A DNA stretch of 64,000 bases, taken from IMG/VR virus record IMGVR_UViG_3300025327_000001; one strand, 5' to 3'. Of the stretch, positions 7,907-17,503 are shown in pieces. The notes under the pieces are model-generated. The model made no database searches, had not been told where the DNA came from, and saw only the letters and a list, made by a program, of their open reading frames with translations. Position numbers and translations under genes: made by a program. The DNA comes from an uncultured virus (IMG/VR IMGVR_UViG_3300025327_000001). Its lineage: Duplodnaviria; Heunggongvirae; Uroviricota; Caudoviricetes. Each line of letters begins with the position of its first letter. The first letter of the stretch is position 1.

Positions 7907-9403
7907 ATGCCTAAAAAGAGAAAGAAAAACACTAAAAAACAAATAAAAACAGATGCACACTTTTACTATCGTTCTCCTGTAGATACGATAGAAACTGGTG
8001 TCAAGTCCCTGTTTGCGAAGGAAGTCAATCTAACCACATTATTGAAAGAGATACGGAGAGATGAATTAGCATATCGTGCCTTGAAGAGATTGAGTGGGGA
8101 TATATTCGATAAGTGGTGTAATATCAAGGCTTCATTTACATCAAGTGGTCAACCAAATCTATCGTTACAACAAGAAGTAGATAAACTAAATAGTAGATTA
8201 TTTGTCAAGGAAACATTCAAACAGGCATGGGAATTAAAAGCAACATCTGGATTTTCTTTGATAGGACTTGGTTGGAAGGATAGTGGTAAGTCAATAGAAA
8301 GTGACCCTGATAATATTACAGATATAGAATATATATATCCATTATCTAGATTCAATATAACGGAGAATAATGGATTAGTCATTGATTATAGACGCTCATC
8401 GCAGACCAAGCAGACTAGTGTAACATATGGAAAGGTGGTTGGAGCTAAAATAAAATTCCAGTATAATGTCGGTGATGTCACATTAGGAACGACTACAGTG
8501 GAAGAAAGGCTGATACCAGCTACAAGATTCTTATTATGGACCAACTTCGCTCCCGGAAGCCAAGACCCATATGGGATGTCTATATTCGAACCTGTATTCG
8601 ATATGTTGACTGCCAAGAAGAATCTAGATTGGGCTTTCGCTGAAGCAGCTTTCCAGTTCGCAGCTAGAAAGTATGTTATCGTCGTTCCATCCAATGCCAC
8701 ACCAGAATATTGGAAATACATTCAGGATAATTGGAAGGACTTTGATTCTCTTACAACTTTCGCAGTTAAGGGTGAAGGACATTCATTTGAAACGTTCGGA
8801 GGAGAAGGACAACTAAATCCAGAACCATATTTTGGATACTATATTACAATGATGGCTTCTGGTCTAGGAGTTCCTAAACCTATTCTATTCCATGAATTGG
8901 AATCTGGTGCTGAATGGGCTTTGAAAGATTATTATGCCAGTATATCAGCAATCCAACGGAATGATGTAGAACCCATGTTATTGGATTTGTATCATCGATT
9001 GCAGGAAGCAGGCATTCTATCTCGTGGCACTATAAATATCGAATGGAATGAATTGATGGAACTGGATGAAAGAGAATCATCATTCGTTACATCTCGACTT
9101 GCATTAGGGCATCGTATGCAAGCAGAAGCAATCAATCAGTATCTGATGGCTGGTCTTGCTGTTGAATTGACTGATGATGGATGGATTAAACGTATATTTG
9201 TCCCTGATGATAGTGAAGAAAACGGGGGGCCATTTATAATATTACCATCAAATAAAGAAGAAAAGGAAGAGACACAAATACCTAAATTACCAGAAGCAGA
9301 AGAAGAACCAGAAGAAAATATACAGAAGGAAATCATAAAGGAAATGACACAGGAGTTATTATATGGCGAAAAAGAAAAAGAAAAGTCCAAAGAAAAAAAG
9401 TAA
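7907..9403 (+). CDS. Portal protein (DUF1073-like)
   Basis: Follows TerL; GFSLIGLG, YGMSIFEPVFD, GVPKPILF, IEWNEL motifs; acidic tail. Confidence 0.85.
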   Translation: MPKKRKKNTKKQIKTDAHFYYRSPVDTIETGVKSLFAKEVNLTTLLKEIRRDELAYRALKRLSGDIFDKWCNIKASFTSSGQPNLSLQQEVDKLNSRLFVKETFKQAWELKATSGFSLIGLGWKDSGKSIESDPDNITDIEYIYPLSRFNITENNGLVIDYRRSSQTKQTSVTYGKVVGAKIKFQYNVGDVTLGTTTVEERLIPATRFLLWTNFAPGSQDPYGMSIFEPVFDMLTAKKNLDWAFAEAAFQFAARKYVIVVPSNATPEYWKYIQDNWKDFDSLTTFAVKGEGHSFETFGGEGQLNPEPYFGYYITMMASGLGVPKPILFHELESGAEWALKDYYASISAIQRNDVEPMLLDLYHRLQEAGILSRGTINIEWNELMELDERESSFVTSRLALGHRMQAEAINQYLMAGLAVELTDDGWIKRIFVPDDSEENGGPFIILPSNKEEKEETQIPKLPEAEEEPEENIQKEIIKEMTQELLYGEKEKEKSKEKK

Positions 9404-9442
9404 AGGAAAAACATGGGGATATTAGAATACCCCAAAGTCTAA

Positions 9443-9450
9443 TTTATATA
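9443..9450 (+). promoter_or_regulatory. TATA box (TTTATATA), probably giving a leaderless capsid-operon transcript
   Basis: About 25 nt upstream of ATG 9475, no RBS. Confidence 0.6.
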
Positions 9451-9474
9451 TCTATATATATTTAATTGAATATC

Positions 9475-11427
9475 ATGCCGTATTCATCGCCAGACGATGT
9501 TCCTGCCAGAGTCAAGGCATTTTGGCGTAATGTAGGAGCTTCTGAAAAAGATAAGCGTCAATGGATTCATGTTTTTAATAGCTGTATGGAACGTTTTGAT
9601 GACGACTCAAGATGTTTTAGGATGGCCAATGGTGTCCTATCCAAGAAATCTCGTGACGAATATATTGAAAATTCAATACAAAGACTAGATACAGGAATGA
9701 CAAAACTGGATACACAGTGGGGTCCGGTATTCCAAGTTCCTGCCATCCTTACACGCGAAGGAGTACAAAATGGCTTCCTTAAAGATGCAGAGGAATTAAA
9801 GGCCACCGTCTGGACAGCGAATATGATTCCTGTCACAGATGGACATCCAAAGGGACAATTTGATAATTTTGTCTCTGCACGTTCCAATATAGAATTCATA
9901 CGGGGATTTATCTCTGACGCACGTTTCGATGAATCTGATAAAACTGTCAAAGGACTTGTAAATATATTTGATACTCCACGTAACAAATTTCTTGTTGAAG
10001 ATATTCAGAGTGAAAGAAAGATAGATGGCTCAGTTGGATTTTTTACAGATGAATTTCAAGCTAATGGTTCTTTCAATGGAATAGAATATGAGGGTGTAGA
10101 ATTAAACATTATATATGATCACTATGCAGTTCTCCCTAAAGGTCATGGAGCATGTAGTCAGAAGGATGGATGTGGATTGGGTCTGAATATGCAAGAAGAA
10201 GAAACAAACGCAGGACATGGAAAAGAAGAGATGCCAGCACCCGGTTTCTCGTCTGTAATGGAATGTATGCAAAAACATATGTGGGAAGCCCGTGATGCTC
10301 AATCACCAGAGGAAATGGCTAGACATATGCAACTTGCAATAGAATGTATGCATAAGAAAGAAGAAGATATACCACCAATAGATGAAAATAAAGGTAATTC
10401 TATTTCAATTTCATTAACAGAAAAGAAAGACCTAGTATTAAAAGAATTGAAAGAAATGGGATTTGAAGATACGGATATACAGGAAATAGACCTTGATTAT
10501 GATGCCTTATATTATATGCTAGGATGTAATACATGTACCGGGGCATTACCAGATATTGATTATATTGTCTATAATGATATACAGTATACATTCAGTCCCC
10601 CTTGGTCTCAAGTGAATAAAACAGATTTACCATCTTCGGCATATATGTATATAGGTGATTCTGAGAAGAAATCCACATGGAAACTACCATATAAAACAAA
10701 CGATGGTAAGATACACTGTGGCGCTATAAGAGCGATTCGACAGATATTAGCAGGTGCTAGAGAGGATGTAAATCTACCATCCGAGGTACGGTCTAATGCA
10801 AAATCATTATCTGATAAACATTGGGCAGTATGTCAGAAAATCAAAGAAAAGGGGGATATAATAATTAATGAAAAATATCAATACAATGACAAAACTGGTG
10901 ACGATTGGAAGGTAGAAACGATTACAACACAAATAAGGGATAATGAGAATCTTATCCAGAAGGTTTTAAATATAAAACAATATATTAATACTACGATAAA
11001 TATGCCGGAAGACAATAAAGAAACACCTGCTCCTGAACCTCAGAAAGAGGATGCAATGAAGATTCTTAGTGATGCGGTTGATTCACTTAAATCAGAAAGA
11101 GACGCACTAAGAGTCCAAGTTGCAGACCTTACAAAAGTAGTTGAGGAATCCCGAAAGAAAGAGACTGATTCTAAGAATAAGGAAATCCGGGACCTTAGAA
11201 ATAAAGTTGTTAATTTGAACATTGCTTACAAAGTCTGGGATGTCGAACATATCATGAAAATGGATGAAGATGGACTGAAGATGGCGGAAAGACTCCTGAC
11301 ACACTTTACAAGCAAGAAAGATTTCAGGGGTGGACAATACTCACAGCACAATGTATCTCTACCATCTGATTTTGCACCGTTAACTGTCGGAGATTTAAGC
11401 AGAAAGCAAACAAAGAAAGGTGAGTAA
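9475..11427 (+). CDS. Prohead protease/scaffold fusion: ChaB-like N-terminus, DUF2213-like protease, coiled-coil scaffold, C-terminal LTVGDL peptide
   Basis: MPYSS..WIHVFNS (ChaB-like); TREGV, PVTDGHP, GSVGF, DHYAVL..GAC (DUF2213-like); located between portal and capsid genes. Confidence 0.85.
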   Translation: MPYSSPDDVPARVKAFWRNVGASEKDKRQWIHVFNSCMERFDDDSRCFRMANGVLSKKSRDEYIENSIQRLDTGMTKLDTQWGPVFQVPAILTREGVQNGFLKDAEELKATVWTANMIPVTDGHPKGQFDNFVSARSNIEFIRGFISDARFDESDKTVKGLVNIFDTPRNKFLVEDIQSERKIDGSVGFFTDEFQANGSFNGIEYEGVELNIIYDHYAVLPKGHGACSQKDGCGLGLNMQEEETNAGHGKEEMPAPGFSSVMECMQKHMWEARDAQSPEEMARHMQLAIECMHKKEEDIPPIDENKGNSISISLTEKKDLVLKELKEMGFEDTDIQEIDLDYDALYYMLGCNTCTGALPDIDYIVYNDIQYTFSPPWSQVNKTDLPSSAYMYIGDSEKKSTWKLPYKTNDGKIHCGAIRAIRQILAGAREDVNLPSEVRSNAKSLSDKHWAVCQKIKEKGDIIINEKYQYNDKTGDDWKVETITTQIRDNENLIQKVLNIKQYINTTINMPEDNKETPAPEPQKEDAMKILSDAVDSLKSERDALRVQVADLTKVVEESRKKETDSKNKEIRDLRNKVVNLNIAYKVWDVEHIMKMDEDGLKMAERLLTHFTSKKDFRGGQYSQHNVSLPSDFAPLTVGDLSRKQTKKGE

Positions 11428-11429
11428 AC

Positions 11430-11852
11430 ATGGAATTAAAGGTTCCTACGAATGAAGTCGCACCATGGCCAGCATATGTTGTAACAGGGAAAGCAGGTGG
11501 AGCACTAACACCGGGTCAGGTTGCAGTGTCGTCTGATTCCATTAGTTTTGCAGCGGCTGGAACAGCATCTGAGGTCTTGAAGGGTGTTGTCTTGTGGGAT
11601 GGTCGTAAGGATTCCTATGCCACGAATGATGTCGTACCTATCTTAGTCTTTGGTGTCGGTGTCGTTAAGACCGATGCGGCTGTCGCTGTCGGAGCATTAT
11701 TGGAGACATCTACCGTTGCTGCGGCTGGACAGGTTCGTACATATGTTATTGGAACAGACTCAAATGAGGTATCAATGCGTAAGGTTTTCGCACGAGCATT
11801 GACTGTCGGAGGAACGAACGCAAAGGCGCTTGTATTACTCAATCAGGCTTAG
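11430..11852 (+). CDS. Capsid decoration/cement protein (DUF2190-like)
   Basis: 140 aa, Ala/Gly/Val-rich, directly before the MCP. Confidence 0.75.
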   Translation: MELKVPTNEVAPWPAYVVTGKAGGALTPGQVAVSSDSISFAAAGTASEVLKGVVLWDGRKDSYATNDVVPILVFGVGVVKTDAAVAVGALLETSTVAAAGQVRTYVIGTDSNEVSMRKVFARALTVGGTNAKALVLLNQA

Positions 11853-11863
11853 GGTGATGAAAA

Positions 11864-12772
11864 ATGTTTAAACTTGAGGAATTAAGAAATGATGCGACTC
11901 TGACAGAAGAGGAATTCCAGTTAATCCGAGAGAGAATTCTGACAGCAGTTCGTGACAGACTTGTAGCACGCCAGTTTATGAGTCTTCGACAGGTTCCTGC
12001 ATCAACACAGGAATATGGTTACGACCGGGTTAAATCTGAATTCCAAGATGCGGTTGTCGTTGGAAAGGGAGCAGACTTCCCACGCGATGTATACGATACT
12101 GAGCGTCTTAAACTAGCCATATTAAAGATTGGAGATGGATTCACGATTCCTCGTGAAGATTATCTCTCAGGACAATATAGAACACAATCTCTTGAGCAGA
12201 TGACACGAAGAATTGCAGAGAAAGAGGATAAACTAATATTCGATGGAGATGCGAATTATCTGCCGAATGGTGGAGCATTGGACTTCGCTGGTAATACACT
12301 GGACGCAGGAACCTCACCAGCTTGGGACACGGCAACAGCAGCAGTAATCTATAGTGACATTATAGGGGCTGCATCGTTACTGGAAGCGGATAAGTTCTCT
12401 GGACCATTTACGCTTGTCGTCCATGCGAATGAACTGAAGAATCTGCGGAAATTCACTTCAGCCGAACAGACAACTGCTCTATCGTTATTGTTCGGTGATG
12501 GAGAGGATATGGCTGGTTCAGCACAATCTGGTATCATAAGTCGAATGCTTGTATCTTATGGTATCACAGATGGTACGGCACTTTTAATTGCAGAAGGAGC
12601 AGATATTGCGGAACTTGTCGTTGCAGAAGACTTAACAGTAGAGGAACCTGCATATGTTGCTCGCCAACAGCGTTTCGAAGGAAATGTCTATGAGCGACTT
12701 GTGCCTGTGTTCTATCAGTACGGTGCAGTGGCTGGAAAGTCAGACGCAATCTGTAAGATAACAGACCTGTAG
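11864..12772 (+). CDS. Major capsid protein, HK97 fold, encapsulin (Linocin_M18)-like
   Basis: ATLTEEEFQLI..RLVARQF, IAEKEDKLIFDG, GPFTLVV, ELVVAEDLTV; canonical MCP position. Confidence 0.9.
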   Translation: MFKLEELRNDATLTEEEFQLIRERILTAVRDRLVARQFMSLRQVPASTQEYGYDRVKSEFQDAVVVGKGADFPRDVYDTERLKLAILKIGDGFTIPREDYLSGQYRTQSLEQMTRRIAEKEDKLIFDGDANYLPNGGALDFAGNTLDAGTSPAWDTATAAVIYSDIIGAASLLEADKFSGPFTLVVHANELKNLRKFTSAEQTTALSLLFGDGEDMAGSAQSGIISRMLVSYGITDGTALLIAEGADIAELVVAEDLTVEEPAYVARQQRFEGNVYERLVPVFYQYGAVAGKSDAICKITDL

Positions 12773-12783
12773 AAACAACTAAT

Positions 12784-12820
12784 GGGTAGTCTGCAACAAA
12801 GACTGCCCCTTTTTATATTT
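12784..12820 (+). terminator. Hairpin plus T-tract terminator after the MCP
   Basis: gggtagtct-gcaacaa-agactgccc stem-loop (one G-U pair) followed by ctttttatattttt. Confidence 0.7.
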
Positions 12821-12879
12821 TTCTTGAATCTAATCAATAATGTTTTTATACTACGTTTTGTTATATATGTAAGGATAAT

Positions 12880-13092
12880 ATGCCGTTAATATTAAAGGAT
12901 GAGAAAGTCGTAGTGCACCTAGAGCCCGGACAACAATTTCCTAATGCTCATACTCATTTTTGCCCAGATAATAATAATTGTATATTTATAGTAAGATATA
13001 AGATATTAAGGAAATATTTTATTTATGGCGCATTAATAGGAATGACCTTAGCAATATCTTTTATCTTATTACTCTATAATCTTCTGTTGTGA
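12880..13092 (+). CDS. Small protein with a C-terminal TM helix
   Basis: Hydrophobic C-terminus; TTTTTATA box upstream. Confidence 0.6.
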   Translation: MPLILKDEKVVVHLEPGQQFPNAHTHFCPDNNNCIFIVRYKILRKYFIYGALIGMTLAISFILLLYNLLL

Positions 13093-13463
13093 ATAAATAT
13101 AGGATATTTCTTTCTAGTATCATTGTAGCTATAGCACTGGGCTTATTAGAGGCCGCTTGGACCCGAAAAGAAATAGGTGGGCCTCAGAATACATGGCTAG
13201 GAATATTTGCCATTCTAATAGCATTTTTGTGCATCTCTTGGCCCTATATATGGCGTATTCCTGTCCTAGCCATACTTGAGGAGACTGTACATATTTATAC
13301 AATAGGTATTGGAATTACCGAGAAAACGTTATTCCAACACTGGTCTATCAATTATCTAGGGGGCGTGAATGTCTATCCATATATTTTATTTCCTATGATA
13401 ACCATTATATCTGAACTATGTTATCACGTACTAAAAAGGAGGAAGAAACAACAAGGGAAATAA
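13089..13463 (+). CDS. Multi-pass membrane protein
   Basis: Three to four hydrophobic segments; GTGA overlap. Confidence 0.7.
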   Translation: MNKYRIFLSSIIVAIALGLLEAAWTRKEIGGPQNTWLGIFAILIAFLCISWPYIWRIPVLAILEETVHIYTIGIGITEKTLFQHWSINYLGGVNVYPYILFPMITIISELCYHVLKRRKKQQGK

Positions 13464-13624
13464 CGGAAGAAGATAAGTTAGATTGGCGTGCCCTACACCC
13501 AAGACATAATCCATTTAAGGTAATTGAATGGCATTATTTGTCATTGGGTTACATGATAGCCTGTATACAATGGTTAATAATCATAATCTGGTTATTATTA
13601 ACTGGACATTTAATCGTAAAATAA
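13418..13624 (+). CDS. Small membrane protein
   Basis: C-terminal hydrophobic helix. Confidence 0.55.
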   Translation: MLSRTKKEEETTREITEEDKLDWRALHPRHNPFKVIEWHYLSLGYMIACIQWLIIIIWLLLTGHLIVK

Positions 13625-13680
13625 GAATAATATAGGTGAACATATTTATATTTACTAATATATTTTATACATGATATACT

Positions 13681-13878
13681 ATGACAGGAGAAGCGGAAGC
13701 AGTATCTGAAGCAGACAAGCCATTCATTCTGGCTGTTATGCTAGTGACTAGCTGGTTAGCAGGAATATTAGTATCGTTGTTTTATTTCAAGAGCACGGAA
13801 ATGGCTGAAATGGTCGCTCAATTCCTCGGTCCTGCTGCTGGTATGGGTTACATGTTCTATCTAAAATCCAAAGAGTGA
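13681..13878 (+). CDS. Small two-TM protein (holin-like)
   Basis: Two hydrophobic helices; own TATA box upstream. Confidence 0.6.
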   Translation: MTGEAEAVSEADKPFILAVMLVTSWLAGILVSLFYFKSTEMAEMVAQFLGPAAGMGYMFYLKSKE

Positions 13879-13891
13879 AATGGTGGGTTGA

Positions 13892-14182
13892 ATGGTAGAA
13901 CTAAGTCTGGACCTTACATTAGCCTTGGTTGGATTGATAGGAACTAGTATAGCGGCATTGGTTTGGACCTTGAAACGTTCTATGAAATTCGCAGATGATA
14001 TGAGATTGACATTAGATAATCACTTTACTACACATAATATAATATTAAATAATATAAATCAGAGTTTAATATCAATGATAAAAGGTCAAGAAGATTTTAA
14101 GGAAATATGGGAAAGTCGATGGGACGAAGTATTAAGACCGGGTTTCAAGATAGTAGAAAACTTGGAACGTTCGAAGAATTAA
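13892..14182 (+). CDS. N-terminal TM plus helical tail protein (holin-like)
   Basis: One TM helix followed by an amphipathic helix. Confidence 0.6.
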   Translation: MVELSLDLTLALVGLIGTSIAALVWTLKRSMKFADDMRLTLDNHFTTHNIILNNINQSLISMIKGQEDFKEIWESRWDEVLRPGFKIVENLERSKN

Positions 14183-14232
14183 AACACATAGGACTTATAT
14201 ATGGAAAGTCATAATATAAAAGAGGAATTTAT

Positions 14233-14832
14233 ATGGTCGCTACAGTTAATGTAGAAATTTGGAAAGGTGGAGCAGATACCGCACCCGGTACAGAAACAAA
14301 TGTAGACTCTCTTGGGCCTCCGAATATTCGATTTCATACTGCTGATACGCCCGATGCAATAGACACTACAAATCCGGTTCCAATACCATCTTCAAGTTTT
14401 AATTATTCCTATTGGGTCCATGTCGCACTGCAATTCGGTGGTACATTCACACAATTGTCTAATTTCAGACATTATTCTGATGGTACGATTGGATGGACAT
14501 TAGGAACTAATGGTGAATTACGTCGTGGAAATCGGGATTCTGGGGATGATGGGTGTCCGAAGGCTAGTTATAATCTTGCCACAGGTACAATAGGAACAAC
14601 TGGCGATTCTATTGAAGATGTAACAAACGGTCATGCGTATTTCAATGCTCAGACGACAAAGACTACTAATATCCAGAATGACACATCTGGTTCACCAGCG
14701 ACGATTGATTCATCTGTATATTCATCTGCAGGGGATACGAAGGCCATTGTCTTACAAGTCAAAGTTGCTACAGATGCGACTCAGGGCGACCAAGCTAATG
14801 AGACATTAACTTGGTTGTATGACGAAATATGA
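14233..14832 (+). CDS. Putative virion structural protein (beta-rich, ends LTWLYDEI)
   Basis: Thr/Gly/Ser-rich; strong RBS; own TATA box. Confidence 0.7.
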   Translation: MVATVNVEIWKGGADTAPGTETNVDSLGPPNIRFHTADTPDAIDTTNPVPIPSSSFNYSYWVHVALQFGGTFTQLSNFRHYSDGTIGWTLGTNGELRRGNRDSGDDGCPKASYNLATGTIGTTGDSIEDVTNGHAYFNAQTTKTTNIQNDTSGSPATIDSSVYSSAGDTKAIVLQVKVATDATQGDQANETLTWLYDEI

Positions 14833-14865
14833 TGCAATTTAAATAAGAGAATAGTATAATATGCG

Positions 14866-15354
14866 ATGGTGATAATTATTATGAACACCATCGAAAAGAG
14901 TATTTCTCTGATTAATAAGGGTTTCCCAATCTTAACACATTATTGGGCCATAGAACGTGATAATGCTGAAATTATATTACAATTTGATACTAAAACAGGC
15001 ATGGAAACATTGTATAAAGATGCTGTAATGATAGGCGATAAATATAGAAATGATTTACGTTGTCTTGCTTGGCTTCCCTTTAACGAAACATATGCCAATA
15101 TTGTAATGGATGCAACAAATATACCAATTTTTTATGGTATTTCAGAGCAGTCTAAAATGATTTGTTTAGAATATGGAGACACACCATTTATGAACAGAGA
15201 AACTGCTGTCATAACTAACTTTCAAACGAAAATGGGTTCTATTATACCTCGCCTCCATATAGCATCGAAATACCATATAGGCCGTAATAAGAATACTCCC
15301 AAAGAACAATTATATATATTAGATATTATAAATGAGATAGAAGGATTACTATGA
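14866..15354 (+). CDS. Hypothetical protein
   Basis: ORF coupled to the next gene by ATGA. Confidence 0.6.
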   Translation: MVIIIMNTIEKSISLINKGFPILTHYWAIERDNAEIILQFDTKTGMETLYKDAVMIGDKYRNDLRCLAWLPFNETYANIVMDATNIPIFYGISEQSKMICLEYGDTPFMNRETAVITNFQTKMGSIIPRLHIASKYHIGRNKNTPKEQLYILDIINEIEGLL

Positions 15355-16304
15355 CATCAGATTATGGAGACCTATATGGTATATTCCCTGTAGATTTTGA
15401 CGCTATAACGGAGTATCTAAAAAATACTGCTGCTAATGGTGTTTTATCAGGGTTAGGTGCATCTGTCACTGGAACTGATTTAACAGTAACAATTGCTTCT
15501 GGAAAAGCTCGTGTCGGTGGTGTTTATCGTTCATTCGCTTCGACAACAAATATTGATTATACTGGCGACCCTCAATCGAATCCAAGAAAATCGCTAATTG
15601 TCATTAATTCTGCTGGTACTATTACAAAAAGATTAGGCGCTGCTGCCGCTCCTGAACCATCTGATTCGTCAAGACGACAAACGGTTACACCAGACCCACC
15701 TGAATTATCATCTGGCGATTTGGTTCTTTGGGAAGTTTGGATTGGCGCTAATGCAACTACAATAACTGGCACAGATTTAAGTGACAGACGACAGGACGTA
15801 TTTTTCAATGAACCAAAAACTACTGTTCTTACAGCAGATTCGGCAAAATTACCTTCTGTTTCTGCTCCAACATTAGCAACAGTAAATGGAACTAATGTTT
15901 CTTATGGTGTATTAGATTATGCAGATGCATCGACAACATCTTGTTTCTGGTCTTTTGTAATGCCTCATAATTGGTTTTTGAACGACCTTGTATTCAAAAT
16001 ACGTTGGAAAGCAACTACAGCTACGACTGGTTCAGTTGTCTGGGATGTAGGTTTAGTCGGTGTTGCAGAAGGTAATGCCGTTGATGCTTCTCCAACTGCT
16101 GCTGGTAATACTACAGGCGATTCTACAGCAGGAAGTGCTGCAAACCTCAACGAATTCAGTCTAACTATCGGTTCAGCGTCAATACCTGCGTCTGTTACGG
16201 CTGGTAATCTTCTTCATGTTCGTTTACAACGATTAGGTGGCCATGCAAATGATACAATGACAGATACAGCAAGATTTCTTCATATGACAATTGAAGTGAG
16301 ATAG
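15351..16304 (+). CDS. Fibre/appendage protein A (short paralogue of 21307-23295)
   Basis: Shares N- and C-terminal domains with 21307-23295. Confidence 0.75.
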   Translation: MTSDYGDLYGIFPVDFDAITEYLKNTAANGVLSGLGASVTGTDLTVTIASGKARVGGVYRSFASTTNIDYTGDPQSNPRKSLIVINSAGTITKRLGAAAAPEPSDSSRRQTVTPDPPELSSGDLVLWEVWIGANATTITGTDLSDRRQDVFFNEPKTTVLTADSAKLPSVSAPTLATVNGTNVSYGVLDYADASTTSCFWSFVMPHNWFLNDLVFKIRWKATTATTGSVVWDVGLVGVAEGNAVDASPTAAGNTTGDSTAGSAANLNEFSLTIGSASIPASVTAGNLLHVRLQRLGGHANDTMTDTARFLHMTIEVR

Positions 16305-16311
16305 TGGTTCT

Positions 16312-17499
16312 ATGGTTTCCGCTATTATAAAGGCAACAACAGGATTAAACAACTCCAGTGGAACTACTCAAGGGAGAGAACGTGTTTTCAAAAATACTCG
16401 TGGCCTTGGTAATATCTATGTTTTTTATAGAACATTAGTAACGGGTACATATGGTATTTTCTATGCCTATAGTTCTGATGGAGGGTCAAATTGGACTATA
16501 GACCAGACGGTGGATTCAGGAACAGAGATAAGAGAACCATCCTTTTCAGTAACCTATTTTGAAGATGGTGCGAACAGTCAATTAGTTGTTTATATTTGCT
16601 GGATTGCACGGACTGGTGGTGCTTCTGAAGAACAATTAAAAGTAAGACGCGGGACAATTGCTGATGCGAGTCAGACCATATCATGGGGGACAACTCAGAA
16701 TCTCGCTGACAGATGTAAATATGTATCTATGGTTATAGATAATAATGGTTATTTACACATTGGATACCAGAAGTTCGATGGGACAAATTATCAAACGGCG
16801 ATACGTTCTTCTTCCAATGCATTTCCAACAGAAGGACAAATAGGTGCTTGGGGTGCAGAAACGACATTAGATACCGCTAATACAAACAGTCAAGGACATG
16901 TACCTACTTTATGCCCATCTGGAACTACTAGAGCTTTTACAGCCTTCTTTTATAATCAGAGTGCTGTTAATGTGGGTAATTATAGAGACTGGAATGGAAC
17001 TGTATATTCGAATACTGGTAGTTTTGATGATTCAAGTAATCGTATGGATGGTTCATTGGGGGCCGCTGCCATAAAAAATGGTGGTGATAATGCAATGTGG
17101 CTCCTATTTATTGATGTTATTAATTCACGTATAGAAACATCCAAATTTACTATTGGCACTGGATGGACATCTGCTGGAACATTGGTAAGAAATAATTATA
17201 GTGCTTGTACAATAGCACGAATATCTACAAATAAATTCTATAATCTATATACTGTAAGTTCTAATGGTGTTATCTATCTTCCTTCTGCAAATGCTGATGA
17301 CAATACAACCTTTGGTTCCGAAACAACAATTGATTCTGGTACTACACATAATCATCCTGCGGTGTCATTAAGGGATTATAGTGGAGATTTGTATATCGTT
17401 ACAACAAAAACCAATGGAGGAAACTGGGATTTAAGTTTCAATAGTATCAACGTAGGAACTACAGTATCGGCAAACCCATTCTTTTGGCAGTGGTGGTAA
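16312..17499 (+). CDS. BNR/Asp-box beta-propeller-like adhesin
   Basis: YSSDGGSNW Asp-box; ends NPFFWQWW. Confidence 0.7.
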   Translation: MVSAIIKATTGLNNSSGTTQGRERVFKNTRGLGNIYVFYRTLVTGTYGIFYAYSSDGGSNWTIDQTVDSGTEIREPSFSVTYFEDGANSQLVVYICWIARTGGASEEQLKVRRGTIADASQTISWGTTQNLADRCKYVSMVIDNNGYLHIGYQKFDGTNYQTAIRSSSNAFPTEGQIGAWGAETTLDTANTNSQGHVPTLCPSGTTRAFTAFFYNQSAVNVGNYRDWNGTVYSNTGSFDDSSNRMDGSLGAAAIKNGGDNAMWLLFIDVINSRIETSKFTIGTGWTSAGTLVRNNYSACTIARISTNKFYNLYTVSSNGVIYLPSANADDNTTFGSETTIDSGTTHNHPAVSLRDYSGDLYIVTTKTNGGNWDLSFNSINVGTTVSANPFFWQWW

Positions 17500-17503
17500 A
17501 TAA

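Noticed and set aside
11864..12772. Cellular encapsulin operon
   Set aside because: Flanked by terminase, portal, protease, cement and tail genes, with no other MCP candidate and no DyP or ferritin-like cargo.
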